Source of the DNA: Zootoca vivipara
Lineage: Eukaryota
DNA length: 64,000 bases
Reading direction: 5' to 3'
NCBI RefSeq assembly: GCF_963506605.1
Contig: NC_083276.1
Span: 100,874,001 to 100,938,000, forward strand
Positions 12,940 through 27,188 of the stretch are shown piece after piece (position 1 is the stretch's first letter; each line of letters starts with the position of its first letter). The translations under genes and the position numbers were made by a program. The notes beneath the pieces were generated by a model. The model worked only from the letters and a program-made list of their open reading frames with translations. It did not search any database and was not told the origin of the DNA.

Positions 12940-14901
12940 TAATTCTTTTTCACACAGAGAGCTAGCAGTTGGTAGCAGTGCTGAACAGGGCCCAACATGG
13001 AAGCCTATGGAGCCAGCATAGGAAGTGGAGTGAGACACATGTTTATACTCTGCTCCCTTGGTCTCTTCAAATACTTAAATTATTTGTGAAATATTTAAAT
13101 AATTTAGGTGGCTAAAAAAACAACCCAAAAATATTTAAATCATTTAAATCCTGTGCTTTCATTCAGGCAGGATAAAAAGGCAAAAACTATCCAATATCTT
13201 TTTTTTTATAAAAAAAGAAACGAATAAAAAGACTATACTTCTAAAAAGCAGCATCAAATAAAGATAAAAAACAAAATTAAAGATAAAAACAAAACCCTCA
13301 TGGATAACATTCATTAAAACCATTTTCAGTGGAGGCCTAGAAGATTAATGCTAGTTAATTATTGGGCCAAGTTTAAGGTGTTGCTATTGCTGTTATAATT
13401 ATTTAATTTAAATAGTGGTTATATCTGTAGAAGAGATTGTTCCATCCGGCAAGCTGAAATGTTTGCACAAACACACACACATGAATGAATGAAAATGGCA
13501 TACAAAAATGCATTTTGTTAGGCGGAAAGTGCTTGCAAAACTGTGTATATTAGTCAAAGCTGCATACAAAACTATGTTTATTTGGAGATTCCAGTAATGT
13601 GAAACTTTGAAAGATTTGTCCATTCCTAGCCTTCAGCCTTCAGCAAGAAGGAACATGGGAAGCAGAGCATCTCCATGGGTCTTGCTGTTGCTTCTGAGGA
13701 AACCTGCTGGCTACTCATTTAAGAACGAACACTGTCCAGGAGCTCACCTGGTCCATCACATTAATTCCTATATGTTTGTACTGAAGCAGAGATTATTTTT
13801 AAAGAAATCATAAATCTCCTGTACTGTCCATAGTCCAAGAAAACCACCAATACACCAGGTCAGCAAGTCTGAAACAACAGAATTGGTGTGTGTGTGTGTG
13901 CGCGCGCGCGCATGCATAGGGTGCACACGGATTAAAGAAACAGTTGAACTGAAGTCACTCCAAATAACTAGGACTATCCTTTGGGGAAAGGGTGATTAGG
14001 ATTTCTAAAGGCACTTCATGTTCTTACTCTTTCATTGACAATTGCCACCTCTCTCTGATTCATGTGTTCCTTTTTCTTTTTTTACACACACACACCCAAC
14101 TCATTTTATGTTCTTTCGCATTCAAATTAAACAAATCTTGCTAAAACAAATGGCAAATTCTAAAGGCCTTTGTGTGCTGCCACTCGTTTGGCAAGGGACA
14201 TCCTATCACCCTCTTGTTTCTCCCACCCCCACCTCAGCACCCCCAACCCATTTTTTGCATTCAAACTACACNNNNNNNNNNNNNNNNNNNNNNNNNNNNN
14301 NNNNNNNNNNNNNNNNNNNNNNNNNNNNNNNNNNNNNNNNNNNNNNNNNNNNNNNNNNNNNNNNNNNNNNNNNNNNNNNNNNNNNNNNNNNNNNNNNNNN
14401 NNNNNNNNNNNNNNNNNNNNNNNNNNNGTGGGGGCAGATCAGAGCAAATTACTGTCACTGTGTGCTGTCGTGTTACTGCAGCCTGCCTGTATTCTGTAAG
14501 ACAAATGATACCACATTCAAGGCAACGAGACAGTACTTAGTCATACCTGTACAATAGCACCGCACTAAGAGTTGGCTTCAAATTCAACTGGAAGAATAAT
14601 AACCACCCCAAAGTAGAGAGTGGATGGACATAAATCTAGTAAATTGAGAAGGGAGTTTAACATGAATTAAGGCAGCGCTGAGCTGCCCTGCAAAGATTTT
14701 AAAGCTAAACAGTCCTGATTTTTGCATCCACCTGGAAACCAGAGGATTACGATCATCTTGCGATCCACAAAGAGGACAGATAGCATTTTTGTCGATTCCA
14801 GTCAAGTCCCCAGGGCTGCTTAAAACCAAGGATGTCTCTAAAGGATGTCATGAGGGAATTCAGTTCAGAACCACCTGCTTTAATCAATAATAATGTCATA
14901 G

Positions 14902-14903
<2 letters not shown>

Positions 14904-14951
<48 letters not shown>
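14904..14951. repeat. (AC)24 microsatellite
   Basis: Perfect run. Confidence 1.
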
Positions 14952-14953
<2 letters not shown>

Positions 14954-15810
14954 GCTTGTTTTCCCTCCATAGACAAAAGAAGGTTTTTACTGCTGTAGAT
15001 TGTGGCAATGTAATATCTTCTCCTCCTTCTCTGGACTGTGTTAGAGGGAAAAGATACCTAGCTTTTGATCTCAGTGGGAGAGAAAGCTGTTATCTGAGGA
15101 CTGAGGATTTGAGGAAGCAGCAGGTCAAACAGGTAATTTTAAAGATAGAGCTGCACAGTGCTTTCTGTATCAACACCTTCAGCGCTCTGAACAAGGTAAT
15201 TTCTTTGAGTTCCCCTGTGACTACAGACTGATGTGGGGACAGGAGGAATGGAAATGCATTAAAGGGCATCAATTTGTTTTAAAAAAATCCAAACCCACAG
15301 AGATTGGGCCAAGATTACAGTGGTATAAAGAAACATCTCTGGGAGATGTTTGCAAATATTTCTGCCTGATGCCAACCAGAAGCTTTCCTGTCTAGTGTTA
15401 GGACCTTTCCAGAAGATAAAACATGGCTTTGCTCCACAGGTCTGTAGGATGCTCTAATGGAGATCCAGTAAATACCTGTGGATAAGTAATGTTGGTAGCA
15501 TGGAGTTAGGTCTTGGTTGACGGGGCCAGAAGGAAAAGAGTGTGGTGCAATTGTGCAGTAGTCTAAATAAATCCCTCTCTATCCTCTCCAGACAAACAAG
15601 AAGCATTATCCAAATTCAAAGACCAATCAAAAATACTTAGGGTGCAAAGCAGTGACTGGGGACAAGGGAGGTGGGCTGGGCAGAGTTCAAGGGTTCGAAA
15701 GAGAGGTTTGGAGGCTGCATTTGAGGTGCCCCACCTCTTGGTGAGGTCTTCACTGCTTCCCCATGGTTCCCCCTTATTCTTTCGTTGCAGGTGGGATTGC
15801 TAAATTGCAT

Positions 15811-15862
15811 GGGGTTCAACTAGGTGACCCTTGGGGTCCTTTCCAACTCTACAATTCTATGA
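15811..15862 (+). mobile_element. Very short CR1 3' tail
   Basis: GGGGTTCAACTAGGTGACCCTTGGGGTCCTTTCCAACTCTACAATTCTATGA matches the 3' ends of the two CR1 copies in this window. Confidence 0.75.
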
Positions 15863-17392
15863 AGCATAAGCAGTTCAGACTGCTAGGGAGACTAGGGTTC
15901 TTCTATCTGCCAGAGCCTTGTCTCCCCATTGGTTGCCGTGTCAACACTCATAAACTCACCTAATTCCAATCACTACTGGTTGCAGTGCCACCCTCCCACT
16001 TGCTGCACAGGAGCAGGGAATAGGGTGGGAATTGAAGACACTTTTGTTTATATAGTTCTTTAATTACATAACTCTTCTGAAAATGCAGACTCTTGTCACT
16101 GATGATGAAGCAGCTAAGTCTTGCCTGAAAACAGTGGAGTCTCTCTCCCTGTCCCTGTCCCCCCCCCTCTCTGTCTGTGTGTGTGTGCCCAAGTGCTGCA
16201 AAACTGTGGCAAAACTGTGGAATGTTGTATTAGGTAGACTTTTGTCTTGATCCAGTTGGGCTCTGCATACGCTTTTAAGAAGATGATTGAAAGTGTTTTA
16301 TTCGCTAAGGTTGCTTTAGATTGGCTGTGGTCTCACAACTGGGGCCCCTCTGCAACACGAAACAGGCCACATGATGGATCTACATGTGCACGGATGCTGT
16401 GTAAACTGCAGTGTTCAGGTGGGCACTGCAACTTTCAGCACCAGCAGTTGGACACTCTGCAAGAAATCCTTGATAAGAGAATAGTTGAGCCACCATTCTA
16501 ACCTGGACTTGGGCCTTAATTTTTCAAAGGGTTTCAAAGAGAAGAAAATGACGGATATTGTTTAACGTGAGGTTTGGGATGTGTAGATACAAAGAACTGG
16601 AAAGAGAACAAAGATTATTTTAACCCACTGCACATTAGTTAAGAATGAGCTGTCAGGATTGATCCAGGCCAGAACAGAGCCATTGACCTAGAGGTGAGAG
16701 TCTCTGAATTTCATTTCCAAACCTCTCAGCCGTGCAGTCCCTGAAAGAACACTGACAGCCTTTAAAAAAATAAAAAGTCCAAGCAATGTTTAAGAAAGAC
16801 AAAAAGGAACGGGGCCTGCCAGTTAAGGAAGCTAACATGCTAACCAGAGCGATGAAAAGTATTTTGACTTTGGACTTTCAATGGGATTAATCTAAAATGC
16901 TCCCCCCTCCCCCAATAAAAGCCCTGAACACTGCATTAGGAAATCTCTTTTAGCGCCTGCAAAAGTTTGTCCAGAGTTAGACGTGGCATTTTTTGGCAAT
17001 GTCTGAATGTCACTGGGACCCTGACATAGTGTCATATGACACATGGTGAGTATTAAGATGGTCAACTGGCGGAAATCACCTGGTTGAATGAGGATGTCAG
17101 CAGTTCTGCTTGGCTGGTTGAGCCTAGCATACAGACTCAAGGGATCCAGGGAGAGGGAGAGGAAGAGAGAGAGATTCTAGCATTTGCTCTGCAGTGATGT
17201 GAGAAGTATTACACAATGCTTCCATTTACAGACACAGTTTTGAAGGAAAGCCTTAGCTTTNNNNNNNNNNNNNNNNNNNNNNNNNNNNNNNNNNNNNNNN
17301 NNNNNNNNNNNNNNNNNNNNNNNNNNNNNNNNNNNNNNNNNNNNNNNNNNNNNNNNNNNNNNNNNNNNNNNNNNNNNNNNNNNNNNNNNNNN

Positions 17393-17790
17393 GTTGACAT
17401 TGTTGCGCATTATTGAGCAAGATGCATATTTCTCCTTTCATTCAATCAAAAGGATCGCTTTATGAAAGGAAATCAAATATTAGTGCGGTTTTGTGCCTGT
17501 TCCCGGCTGCAAGTGCGACATTGGAAAGTATTATCTTCCCCAAAGGTTGTTTTAGTTATAAGAGTAGTGTTTTAAACTTGGCAATCGAAAAAGCGCTTGT
17601 GTTTGATTTTGGTTTCCTGCAAAAAAAAAGGGGGGGGAGTAAGACAGTGAACCAATATGGCATTTTTCCCTGAAAGAGGTTTGAGTGATGGAATTCTTCT
17701 CTGTGAAGTAAGGGGTGAATTAGAAAAGGCTTTTAATTAAACTGAATAAAAGAGAGTTTGGTGATTTATTTCTCAAGTCACTGACTATGC
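17393..17790. promoter_or_regulatory. Candidate conserved non-coding element
   Basis: TE-free, CpG retained, Sox-like CATTGT, TTTATG, TCAATCA, TTAATTAA, TGATTTAT motifs. Confidence 0.4.
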
Positions 17791-17993
17791 TGTTCTTGCC
17801 CCCAGCCTGCCACCCTGGGCTCTAATCCTACTCAGTTTTTCAGTCATCCCTGCCTACCTAGTGCTATTGCTTACCCTCTTTTCTGCCAAGATCACACAGT
17901 CTGTAGGCCCTGTCTGTAGCTACGCTCTGCGTTTTTCCAAGTGATGATTTTACCACTTTCCCCTTTGAGGCAAGATTCGTAAGCATTCTATTA

Positions 17994-18173
17994 GGCTGCA
18001 GACACACCATATATTTAAAGCAAGTGACTTCCCCCACGGAATCCTGGGAGCTGTAGTTTGTTAAGGGTGCTGGGAATTGTAGCTTTGAGGAAGGCAAACT
18101 ACAGTTCTCATGATTCTTTGGAGGGAAATAATAATATTTAAATCTGCTTTAAATGTATAGTGTATATGCAGCC
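17994..18173. mobile_element. PIF/Harbinger-type MITE
   Basis: TIRs GGCTGCAGACACACCATATATTTAAAGCA / TGCTTTAAATGTATAGTGTATATGCAGCC; 3-bp TTA on both sides. Confidence 0.8.
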
Positions 18174-19335
18174 TTATTCACTGGGCTTCTCACTGAAGAA
18201 TTGAAGAGGTTATCAACAAATCCAGGATAATACAGGAACTTGGTGCATGGCTGGGAATGTGTGTGTGTGTGTGTGTGTGTGTGAAAATGTTCAGTAGCCT
18301 GAATAGAAATCAATGTGATTGCATTGTAAGTCAGACCTGCATGGCAAGTTGAACGAAACTTACCAGCCAAATTTGACTAGTTAGATGCTCAACAAGACTT
18401 CTGTTTTGACAGTCCCATGGAGGCAGAAAAATGGAAACTTTATGAAGACTTAACACAGGTTAGGTGAGGTGTGGTCTGCTGAGTTGTACTGTGAATTAAT
18501 ATTACTGATGTATTTATCATTCCCCATCAATCATCATTCAGCTGATATGTATAATGCTACAACTCAACAGATCTGGGGTGGTATAAAATAGTATGAAATA
18601 AGTACAAGCAATGCAAAATATTTTAATATTTTAAAAACCATTTACCGTATTAATTTTAAAAGATTGGAATAGTCTTGAGCCCACACTTGGGGAACAACCA
18701 TTTGATCTCTGAGCTCACAGAAGCCTGAAGTCCAGAGTGAATCAGAGTTCCAGTGTTCAAAATGTGAAGGCAAAAGAACATTTCCTACAGGAGAATTACC
18801 CTTTTATTCATGGCTCCTCCTTCCTCTATTATGTCTGATGCCTGCAGACACAGCAGGAGCACAAGACGAGGTTGTATCTGATCAGTTATAGCATTTTCTT
18901 CCAACAAACAAGTGATGTGTTCTCTATTGATTAAAAAGCAAATTATTTAAAGCCTAACACCAGCAGCACAGGGGAAGCTTCACAAGGCATTCACATTCTC
19001 ATTTATCTATCGGGATTTAAATGTATTTTGATGATCAACTGAGGGCACAGTTCATCTGAGCACAGGTGCAGAGCATGAATGTCGAGGGCTTGGCATAGGA
19101 ATCAACAGAGCCCTGTTGCTTTCCGCACACGGACCACAGTTATGGATAGGCACACACAGAGTGCCTGGTCCGTTCTTGGGAATGGGATATCGATTCACAC
19201 TTAACTGCCTTCATCCAGTGCTGCCTCCCATCTGGGTGCATGCTGCTCATGTCTGGGTGTTAGATCTGTGCGGTCCGTTCGTGTATTCCTTTCATGCTTG
19301 GAGGTTGCTATAAGCAAGTGTGCAAGCCCAGCCTT

Positions 19336-19700
19336 GGAATGCGGGTGGCGCTGTGGTCTAAACCACTCAGCCTCTTGGGCTTCCCGGTCAGAAGGTCGGC
19401 GGTTCGAATCTCTGCAACGGGGTGAGCTCCTGTTGCTCAGTCCCAGCTCCCGCCAACCTAGCAGTTTGAAAGCACGCCAAAGTCCAAGTAGATAAATAGG
19501 TACCTCTCCGGCGGGAAGGTAAATGGCGTTTCCGTGTGCTGCTCTGGTTTCGCCAGAAGCGGCTTAGTCATGCTGGCCACATGACCTGGAAAAATTGTCT
19601 GCAGACAAACACCGGCTCCCTCGGCCTGTAAAGCGAGATGAGCGCCACAACCCCAGAGTCGTCCGCGACTGGACTTAACTGTCAGGGGTCCTTTACCTTT
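19336..19700 (+). mobile_element. Sauria SINE (subfamily A), full length
   Basis: A/B boxes, core, ACCTTT tail; TSD AAGCCCAGCCTT (19324-19335) / AAACCCAGCCTT (19704-19715). Confidence 0.97.
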
Positions 19701-19931
19701 TATAAACCCAGCCTTAACAAGAACAAGAACCCAGTAAGTGTGGCACAAATCAACAGGGACATGTAAACCCCCCTCCCCTTTGCTTGAAACACCTTTGGTC
19801 TGCTAGTTATGCTACTTGCAAATTTCTTCCACAAATGTGCAAAAATGTACCCCCCTTTCCTTTTAGAGTTCTGAATTATGTGAACATGAACTTTTAAAAT
19901 GAAAGCCTCCATATTATAACAAGATACTGAG

Positions 19932-19934
<3 letters not shown>

Positions 19935-20016
<82 letters not shown>
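19935..20016. repeat. Compound microsatellite (TC)24-(AC)16
   Basis: Direct reading. Confidence 1.
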
Positions 20017-20018
<2 letters not shown>

Positions 20019-20719
20019 TTTTATTGGGTGTTGTATGGCCTTTTTGGGGTATATAATATTCCTGATTTAATTTCAGCCATTTTTTTGCCACTTCATCATT
20101 ACAAATACTAGGCAATAATTAAATTTCACACAGGAATAATTATTAGCATGCCTCAAGAAAGCTTCTGTTGGCTTTAAAATATTTGATTTGAGGAGTTGGG
20201 TGAGCAGTGCTGAAATAATCTGTGCATGTGTGAAGATCACCAAAAGCATCTACATTTCATTTTTCAGAGGGACTGCCATCCAAAGTGCGCTTCTAAAATA
20301 CACCCATGCTGCTTTTTTTTAGTGTTGGCTGTAGAAAATCTCAACCATAGCACACCTTCTGCAAATAGTTTCAATTGGTTGAAAATATACTTGTGAAATT
20401 CAGCAATAAGAAGATGCTAGATTGAACTTTAAGAGTGGTACCCTACTTTTGTCCCTCTGGTGATAGAAGGCATCTGTTATTGGGATGGAGAGGGAGGCTA
20501 ATTTTAGCAACACCTTCTGCCCTCTTCTGACTTTGATCTCCCACATCTTCCCCAGGTGACACCCCCCCCCCCAAATTGGCACAGCACCGTCCTATATCAC
20601 CCTAACAGTTTAAACACAACAAAATGTATAGAAAAGAAAACCCATCCACATAGAGTTCATAGTAATGCAAGAGTCCAGAGAGCAAAATTTAGGTTGCAAT
20701 CCGAACCCCACTTAAGAAA

Positions 20720-21086
20720 AAAGGTAAAGGACCCCTGACAGTTAAGTCCAGTCACGGACGACTCTGGGGTTGTGGTGCTCATTTTGCTTTACAGGTCGAG
20801 GGAGCCGGTGTTTGTCTGCAGACAGTTTTTTATGGGTCATGTGGCCAGCATGACTAAGCCGCTTCTGGCGAAACCAGAACAGCGCACGGAAATGCCATTT
20901 ACCTTCCCGTCGGAGTGGTACGTATTTATCTACTTGCCCTTTTTGGTGTGCTTTCAAACTGCTAGGTTGGTGGGAACTGGGACCGAGCAAGTGAGCTCAC
21001 CCTGTTGTGGGGATTTGAATCACCGACCTTCTGATCGGCAAGCCCAAGAGGCTCAGTGCTTTAGACCACAGCGCCACCTGCGTCCC
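20720..21086 (-). mobile_element. Sauria SINE (subfamily A), inserted in an older small palindromic repeat (~20691-21160)
   Basis: AAAGGTAAAGGACCCCTGAC ... CACAGCGCCACCTGCGTCCC; flanks AGGTTGCAATCC...CACTTA | CCTGAG...TAGGATTGTGCTG form the split host. Confidence 0.95.
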
Positions 21087-23578
21087 AATTACCTGAGTGT
21101 AAACATCACTAAAATCAATACAACTTACTCCTGAGTAGACACGTTTAGGATTGTGCTGTTAGTCTCTCTTCAACGGGAACTGTGCGAATGAATTTTCTAA
21201 ATAAATTATTTTGTGCAATCTGATTGTTATTATTTTTATTATTATTTTGCATATGGAGAGTAATCATTTTTCTTTCACTTTGTGTCAAAACATGTTGAGA
21301 GATTAGATTGCATCAAAGAACAGGAACTTTTTAGAATGGTAAGCGCTTCCTGGTGCGTGCGTGTGCATTATGCTTGTATTTATGCACAAGGACATCTTTC
21401 TGCAGATGTGTTCCTTCGGTGCATTTGCTGGCCAACTGTAAACTGATCACTTACAATTGTACTTGAGTGTTTAGTGACCAGAAAATGTACAAATGCTGCC
21501 TCTGCCAGAGTAACTGAAAGTGCACAGGCAGATTGAGGGAAATACTACAGGCAACAATTAGCCATCACGGTTACCCCTGCTAATACTGCAGAAAATTGAA
21601 ATGTTTGCCTCACTGGGAATTGAAGAGCATTTCAGAAGTTTATCCAGAACAGCAGCAGCAACAGCACCACAAATCTGGCTTTTAAAAATAAATCATATAT
21701 ATATATATATATGAGAGAAACGTAACAGTGGTTTTCTGTACATTTCTATTTTATGTTTCAGTAAGGCCATTCTATATCAATGTAGTCCTGATGAATGGAA
21801 TGCTGGCAGTCTCAAATGACATTTCAAAAGGTGCGGGGACATCGTTCCATAAATGACTGTGTCTGTAAGGCCAACTACATCAAAAAGAAACGGACTTGAA
21901 ATTGCCCCAGATAATCTTTAATACATAAAGATTTTTGCTAGGTGAAAGTGTTATGCTAAAGCTCATAAATCAAGCCAACTTAACAGGGTAGTATTCTGCT
22001 CTCTAGGTAAAGCCTAGCTTGTATTTCCCATTCTGCAGTACCAGCTTAGTATTAATATAATGAGAGGCTATATATATATATTGATAAAATAATGGAGCGT
22101 TTCCATTCAAAGGGTTGTATTGCTCAGTTGACAAAAAGGTTTCTATTCCCATAACAGGAAACAATTTTCAGTGAATTATCTCCCCTCATAAATCACCTCT
22201 GTAGGGTACCCCAATCCCCTGGTGAAAAATAAGTAGGGGTGGTCTGGTCGCAGAGAAGAGGGACAGTCACACACACACAAATTCTCCCACTGTTCCACTT
22301 TCAGAAACCTTACTGTCAGGTGTGTGACAGAACTGTATGCAATTCTGTGTTATTCTGGACTTGAAAGGGTTAGGCTATCAAGTCTCACCTGACCCAAGAA
22401 AACCCAGAGCCCCAACCCCGCTGAAAGCAGGTGCTCAGGGGGTATTTAATGCAAGTGTGGGAGGCCTTAGTTTGGTGGCTTGAGGGTTTGCAGAAGAGAG
22501 ATGGGGAATACCAAGGCTAACAGAGTCCATTTTCTACTGATGGAAACCCTTTCTGGATCAAAGAGGTTTCTTCCAATGGCTGGATACTATCTAGAAACAC
22601 CACCTTTCATTTATATTCTGGGTCTTTTTTCCCCTCCTGCAGTGTAAAATATGACTCGAATGTCAATATCACTATCAAGTACATTTTAGTGACACCTGTT
22701 GGTACCGCTACAGGCTTCCGTGCACACATGGCACCATATTGGAACAATGCAGTTGATTTGACATAATGCAAATAGGTAGAGTACATGGTGCGTGCTCTAT
22801 TTAAATAGCGATGAGGTTTGATCTGAGAAACATTTAACAACATTTCTACAGCAACAAGAACAAAAAGGCTTCGTTCTGACACAATACAATCTTGGCTTTT
22901 TCATTGTGTTGAAATTATACCTTTCAGAGAGCTTTAAGAAGGGTTTAATATTTTGTCAGATTGTCAGGCAGGCAGCTACAGTATTAGCATTTAAGCAACT
23001 GCTTAAAACTCATCTGTTCACCCACATTTTCCCTGAGGGGTGATCCGGCTATCTTGATGTATTAATCTGATCTACTGAACTGTGATGCGTTTCTATTTGT
23101 TCTATAAATGTGATTTTATTGTTGTATTTACGTTGTTTACTGCTGTTATATATATATTTTTTGATGTTGGTGGTATATAATTTTTTGCACCCATTTCCCC
23201 CCCTTATTCTCATATATATATAATGTATTTTAAAAGATCTATGGTTAAGAAAGATTAAAAACATAAATCAAAAGCTATGATGAAAACTGTCACTGACAAA
23301 TTATAAAACAGTCAGTATGAAAGCTACATTCAAAGGGATGGGAGCTGTCATCTTTTTCCTAAGTGCTGGCTATTGTAGGATACCAGTGGGTTTTCAAACC
23401 AGGCCGGGGGGGGGGCAATAAATATATTTAGGGAATGTACCATCTACACCTACTGTGTTTTGATTCCACCGAAACCCTGACATATGGCAATCCGACAGAT
23501 GGGGGCTTAGTGAGGAAGGCAGGGCCAGAATTGCAGGACCTTGGATAGCTCCAGACAGATAGCATTCTCTGACAACAG

Positions 23579-24361
23579 ATTAGACAACTGGGCCAAAGCA
23601 AACAAGATGAATTTTAACAGGGAGAAATGTAAAGTACTACACTTGGGCAAAAAAATTGAAAGGCACAAATACAGGATGGGAGACACCTGGCTTGAGAGCA
23701 GTACATGTGAAAAGGATCTAGGAGTCTTGGTAGACCATAAACTCGACATGAGTCAACAGTGTGATGCAGCAGCTAAAAAAGCCAATGCAATTCTGGGCTG
23801 CATCAATAGGAGTATAGCATCTAGATCAAGGGAAGTAATAGTACCACTATATTCTGCTGTGGTCAGACCTCACCTGGAGTACTGTGTCCAATTCTGGGCA
23901 CCACAGTTCAAGAAGGATACTGACAAGCTGGAACGTGTCCAGAGGAGGGCAACCAAAATGGTCAAAGGCCTGGAAACGATGCCTTATGAGGAACGGCTTA
24001 GGGAGCTGGGTATGTTTAGCCTGGAGAAGACAAGGTTAAGGGGTAATATGATAGCCATGTTCAAATATATTAAAGGATGTCATATAGAGGAGGGGGAGAG
24101 ATTGTTTTCTGCTGCTCCAGAGAAGTGGACACGGAGCAATGGATTCAAACTACAAGAAAAAAGCTTCCACCTAAACATTAGGAAGAACTTCCTGACAGTA
24201 AGAGCTGTTTGCCAGTGGAATTTGCTACCAAGGAGTGTGGTGGAGTCTCCTTCTTTGGAGGTCATTAACAGGCATATGTCAGGAATGCTTTGATGGTGTT
24301 TCCTGCTTGGCAGGGGGTTGGACTGGATGACCTTTGTGGTCTCTTCCAACTCTATGATTCT
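23579..24361 (+). mobile_element. 5'-truncated young CR1 LINE (ORF2 C-terminus + 3' UTR)
   Basis: ORF 23541-24293: RLDNWAKANKMNFNREKCKVLHLG...EKDLGVLVD...[11 protein letters not shown]...; tail CTATGATTCT; TSD ACAACAG at 23572-23578 and 24362-24368. Confidence 0.98.
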
Positions 24362-25828
24362 ACAACAGGATCTTGGAGCTCACCCAAGTCTTTTCACTGC
24401 ACAGTCAGCTCCTTCCTTGTGTGTGCCTATATTGGTGGACCACCAGGGAACACGCCGCTCTTGGTGTAAAAGAGAATCTGCCTCTGGGGACCCAACTTGG
24501 GATCTAGGCCTGGGTTCCATGCCTCTGTGGCTTTGATGGCTGATCATCATTCTCATCTGTGACAGAATCCTAGGTTCTGTTGCCCAGAATCGGTGGGGAT
24601 GGACCACAGCCAGATGGAGCTCTTTGTCCTGAGAGCTCCCTCTAGGTACTAGTACTGTCCTATCAGTATCACCCAGAGCTCTCAGCCAGCTGTCCACAAG
24701 GGCCTATCCCTGCTCAGCACCCCTAGAAAACCCAACCTCAGAGATTTTCAGCTCAGTCTTAGCAGCTTGCACCTGGTGAGGACATTATGTAAGTACTTGC
24801 TACCCCCCCCCCACAAACACACACAAACACCTACAAAAAATTATTGTCTAGCTTTGTGACCACTTCTGACTCCCTGCTGCTGCCTTGAGGCATGGCCCTT
24901 GCCTGATTTTGGCTACCTGTTCCCTGATTCCAAAACTCGACCCAGGCTGACTGCAGACTGGCCTCTCTTTTGTGAACTGCAAAAATGCTTGCTGTAGGCC
25001 CACATAGTAATTGCAGTCCATGTTCTTTTGTGAAGCCCAACAGTGCTGAGCTTCCCTGCTCTCTTAAATCATTAGCATTTTCTTTTGAGGAAGCAGCAGT
25101 AAATCCCTGTTGTTTGATTTAAAGGTGTCACTGAGAGGTTTGTAATTACGTCAGTGTCTACTGAAGCTGAAGTGATTGACAGGTGCTAGCATTTGAAACT
25201 CAAGGTGCTCCCCATAAAAGCCATCAATCAAGTCTCATTTCCATTTTTCAGATGGAGGAGATCTATGGAATTCAAAAGGTTGCACACTTTTTAAACAACC
25301 TAATGAAACTCAGCAAAAGTCCTGTGTTAAGGCGACAAGGCTTTCCCCATTGCCTACCACCCTTTCCCAAAAATTGGCTCGGGGGGGGGGGAGGTGGAAG
25401 ACCCCTTGGAACAGTGCCTTACCCAGTGGGTAAGAGGGACGTGGATGGATGTGTTGTAAAGAAATCTCTGACTTCCACGTGGCTGGAATGTGGCCTACTT
25501 TGCAAAACTAAGAATTGTATCTGTTTGCCCCACCCACTTTTTTGCATCTAGCTCCAACCACTACTGGCATATGGCCCCTGGAATGTTGCCCACAAGGGAA
25601 CATGGCCCCTGAGCTGAAGAAGGCTTCCTGCCCCTGCTTTAGTCTTTTGTGTTGCACTCTTTCCTTATGTGACAACCCTCTAAGTACCTAGTCCTGGGCC
25701 TGTGAATCATAACATGAAATTAGAAATAATCTGTACAGTGCCTAAAAATTCTCGGATCAATACTTGTCCACTTTGTAAGACTATGCTGTATTTGGCAAGT
25801 ATTGCTAGGCAAAGAACTCTTGATTATA

Positions 25829-26071
25829 CAGTGGTACCTCTACTTATGAATTTAATGCATTCTGAACGCACATTTGTAAGTCGAAAAAATTGCAAGTCGA
25901 ATCCCTTAGGAATGCATTGGGAGAAAAAATTCATAAGTCGAAGCAACCCTATCTAAAAATTCATAAGTAGGAAAAAATCCTATCTAAACTGCATCCAAGA
26001 TGGCGGATGGAGCTCCATTCGTAAGTAGAAACATTTGTAAGTAGAGTTATTCATAAGTAGAGGTACCACTG
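25829..26071. mobile_element. Tc1/mariner (Tigger-like) MITE
   Basis: TIR CAGTGGTACCTCTACTTATGAAT perfect at both ends; TA TSDs; internal TTCATAAGT/GTAAGT repeats. Confidence 0.93.
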
Positions 26072-27188
26072 TACAAGTCATTATGATTTCCGTGAATCAT
26101 TGAATTGTCAGTTTTAATACCTTAAGTGTTTGTTCCTTTGTATTTGCTGTAGCGTTCCTAAATGTTAGCTTTCTTGAAAACTTTCTACCAAATGTATTTT
26201 TATCTCTCAGGAATTCAGAAGAATTATTGACAGTTGCTGGGTCCTAAATGTATCACTGTTTCAAGGAAAATAACAAGTTTGCCTCAGGCTGCAGTTCATG
26301 CTATGTGATCACTTGATACTTGGGTCTATGTAGCGTCAAACGGAAAGAGAATGAGGAACCGCTGTCAGACTTGAAGGAGCTCAACCACCTGCCTTACAAG
26401 GAATTGTTATTTGGCATGCGGTTGGGATTCTCCCTGATTTCAAGTTCATGATAATTAATGACCGAGTTTCCAAGCAGATTTCTGTGAATTCAGGATGTGA
26501 CAAAACGGGAAGTTTATATTTCCTTCTGATTTTGGCTCTTACTCCAGCCTTGACAGCCAAAAGGTAAAAAATAAAGCTATGATGTAGGTACATTATAGTG
26601 GGTTAAGCTGGAAATATTTAATAGGGGTCATACCATTCAGCATACAAACATAATATTGTCCTCAATCAATATTTAACCTTTAGAAAAGTGCAACCTGAGT
26701 GTACTAAGCATAAGAAGGGAAGCTAATTGCTCTGTGATATATATGGTTCTCAGGTATACTTCAGTGGCTAAAGTAAAATTAATTAGGTTATAGGTAAGAT
26801 GGTAACATTAGGAAAATATATCTTTCTTCCCTCGCAGACCTTTAATTCAGTCAATAGGCATGAAAAATAGTGGAGGACTGTGCTGGCAATATAATTCAAA
26901 AGTCAGAGTACATCAGCAGCAAAAAGCTTATGCTACTCCACAACATTATAGTAAAATATTGCTTGGTGAAAAACAGCAATCGTTACTGATTGGGGTATAA
27001 ACACTTGTGGCCCATTAAAAGGGCTTGAGAATGAGCCAACAGAGGAACTCCTTAGGATCTGCAGTCACCCCCCCAAAAAAAAAATGCTATTCCACTAAGT
27101 CAGAAACATTCCTTCCAGCAATTGAAGAGGTTTTCCATTAGCAGAAGAGCATCTGTGGACCCAACCCTACAACCCCTTTTCTTCCTAG

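Noticed and set aside
21098-21112. miR-30-like TGTAAACATC
   Set aside because: Only 10 nt, inside a degenerate repeat, no pre-miRNA hairpin
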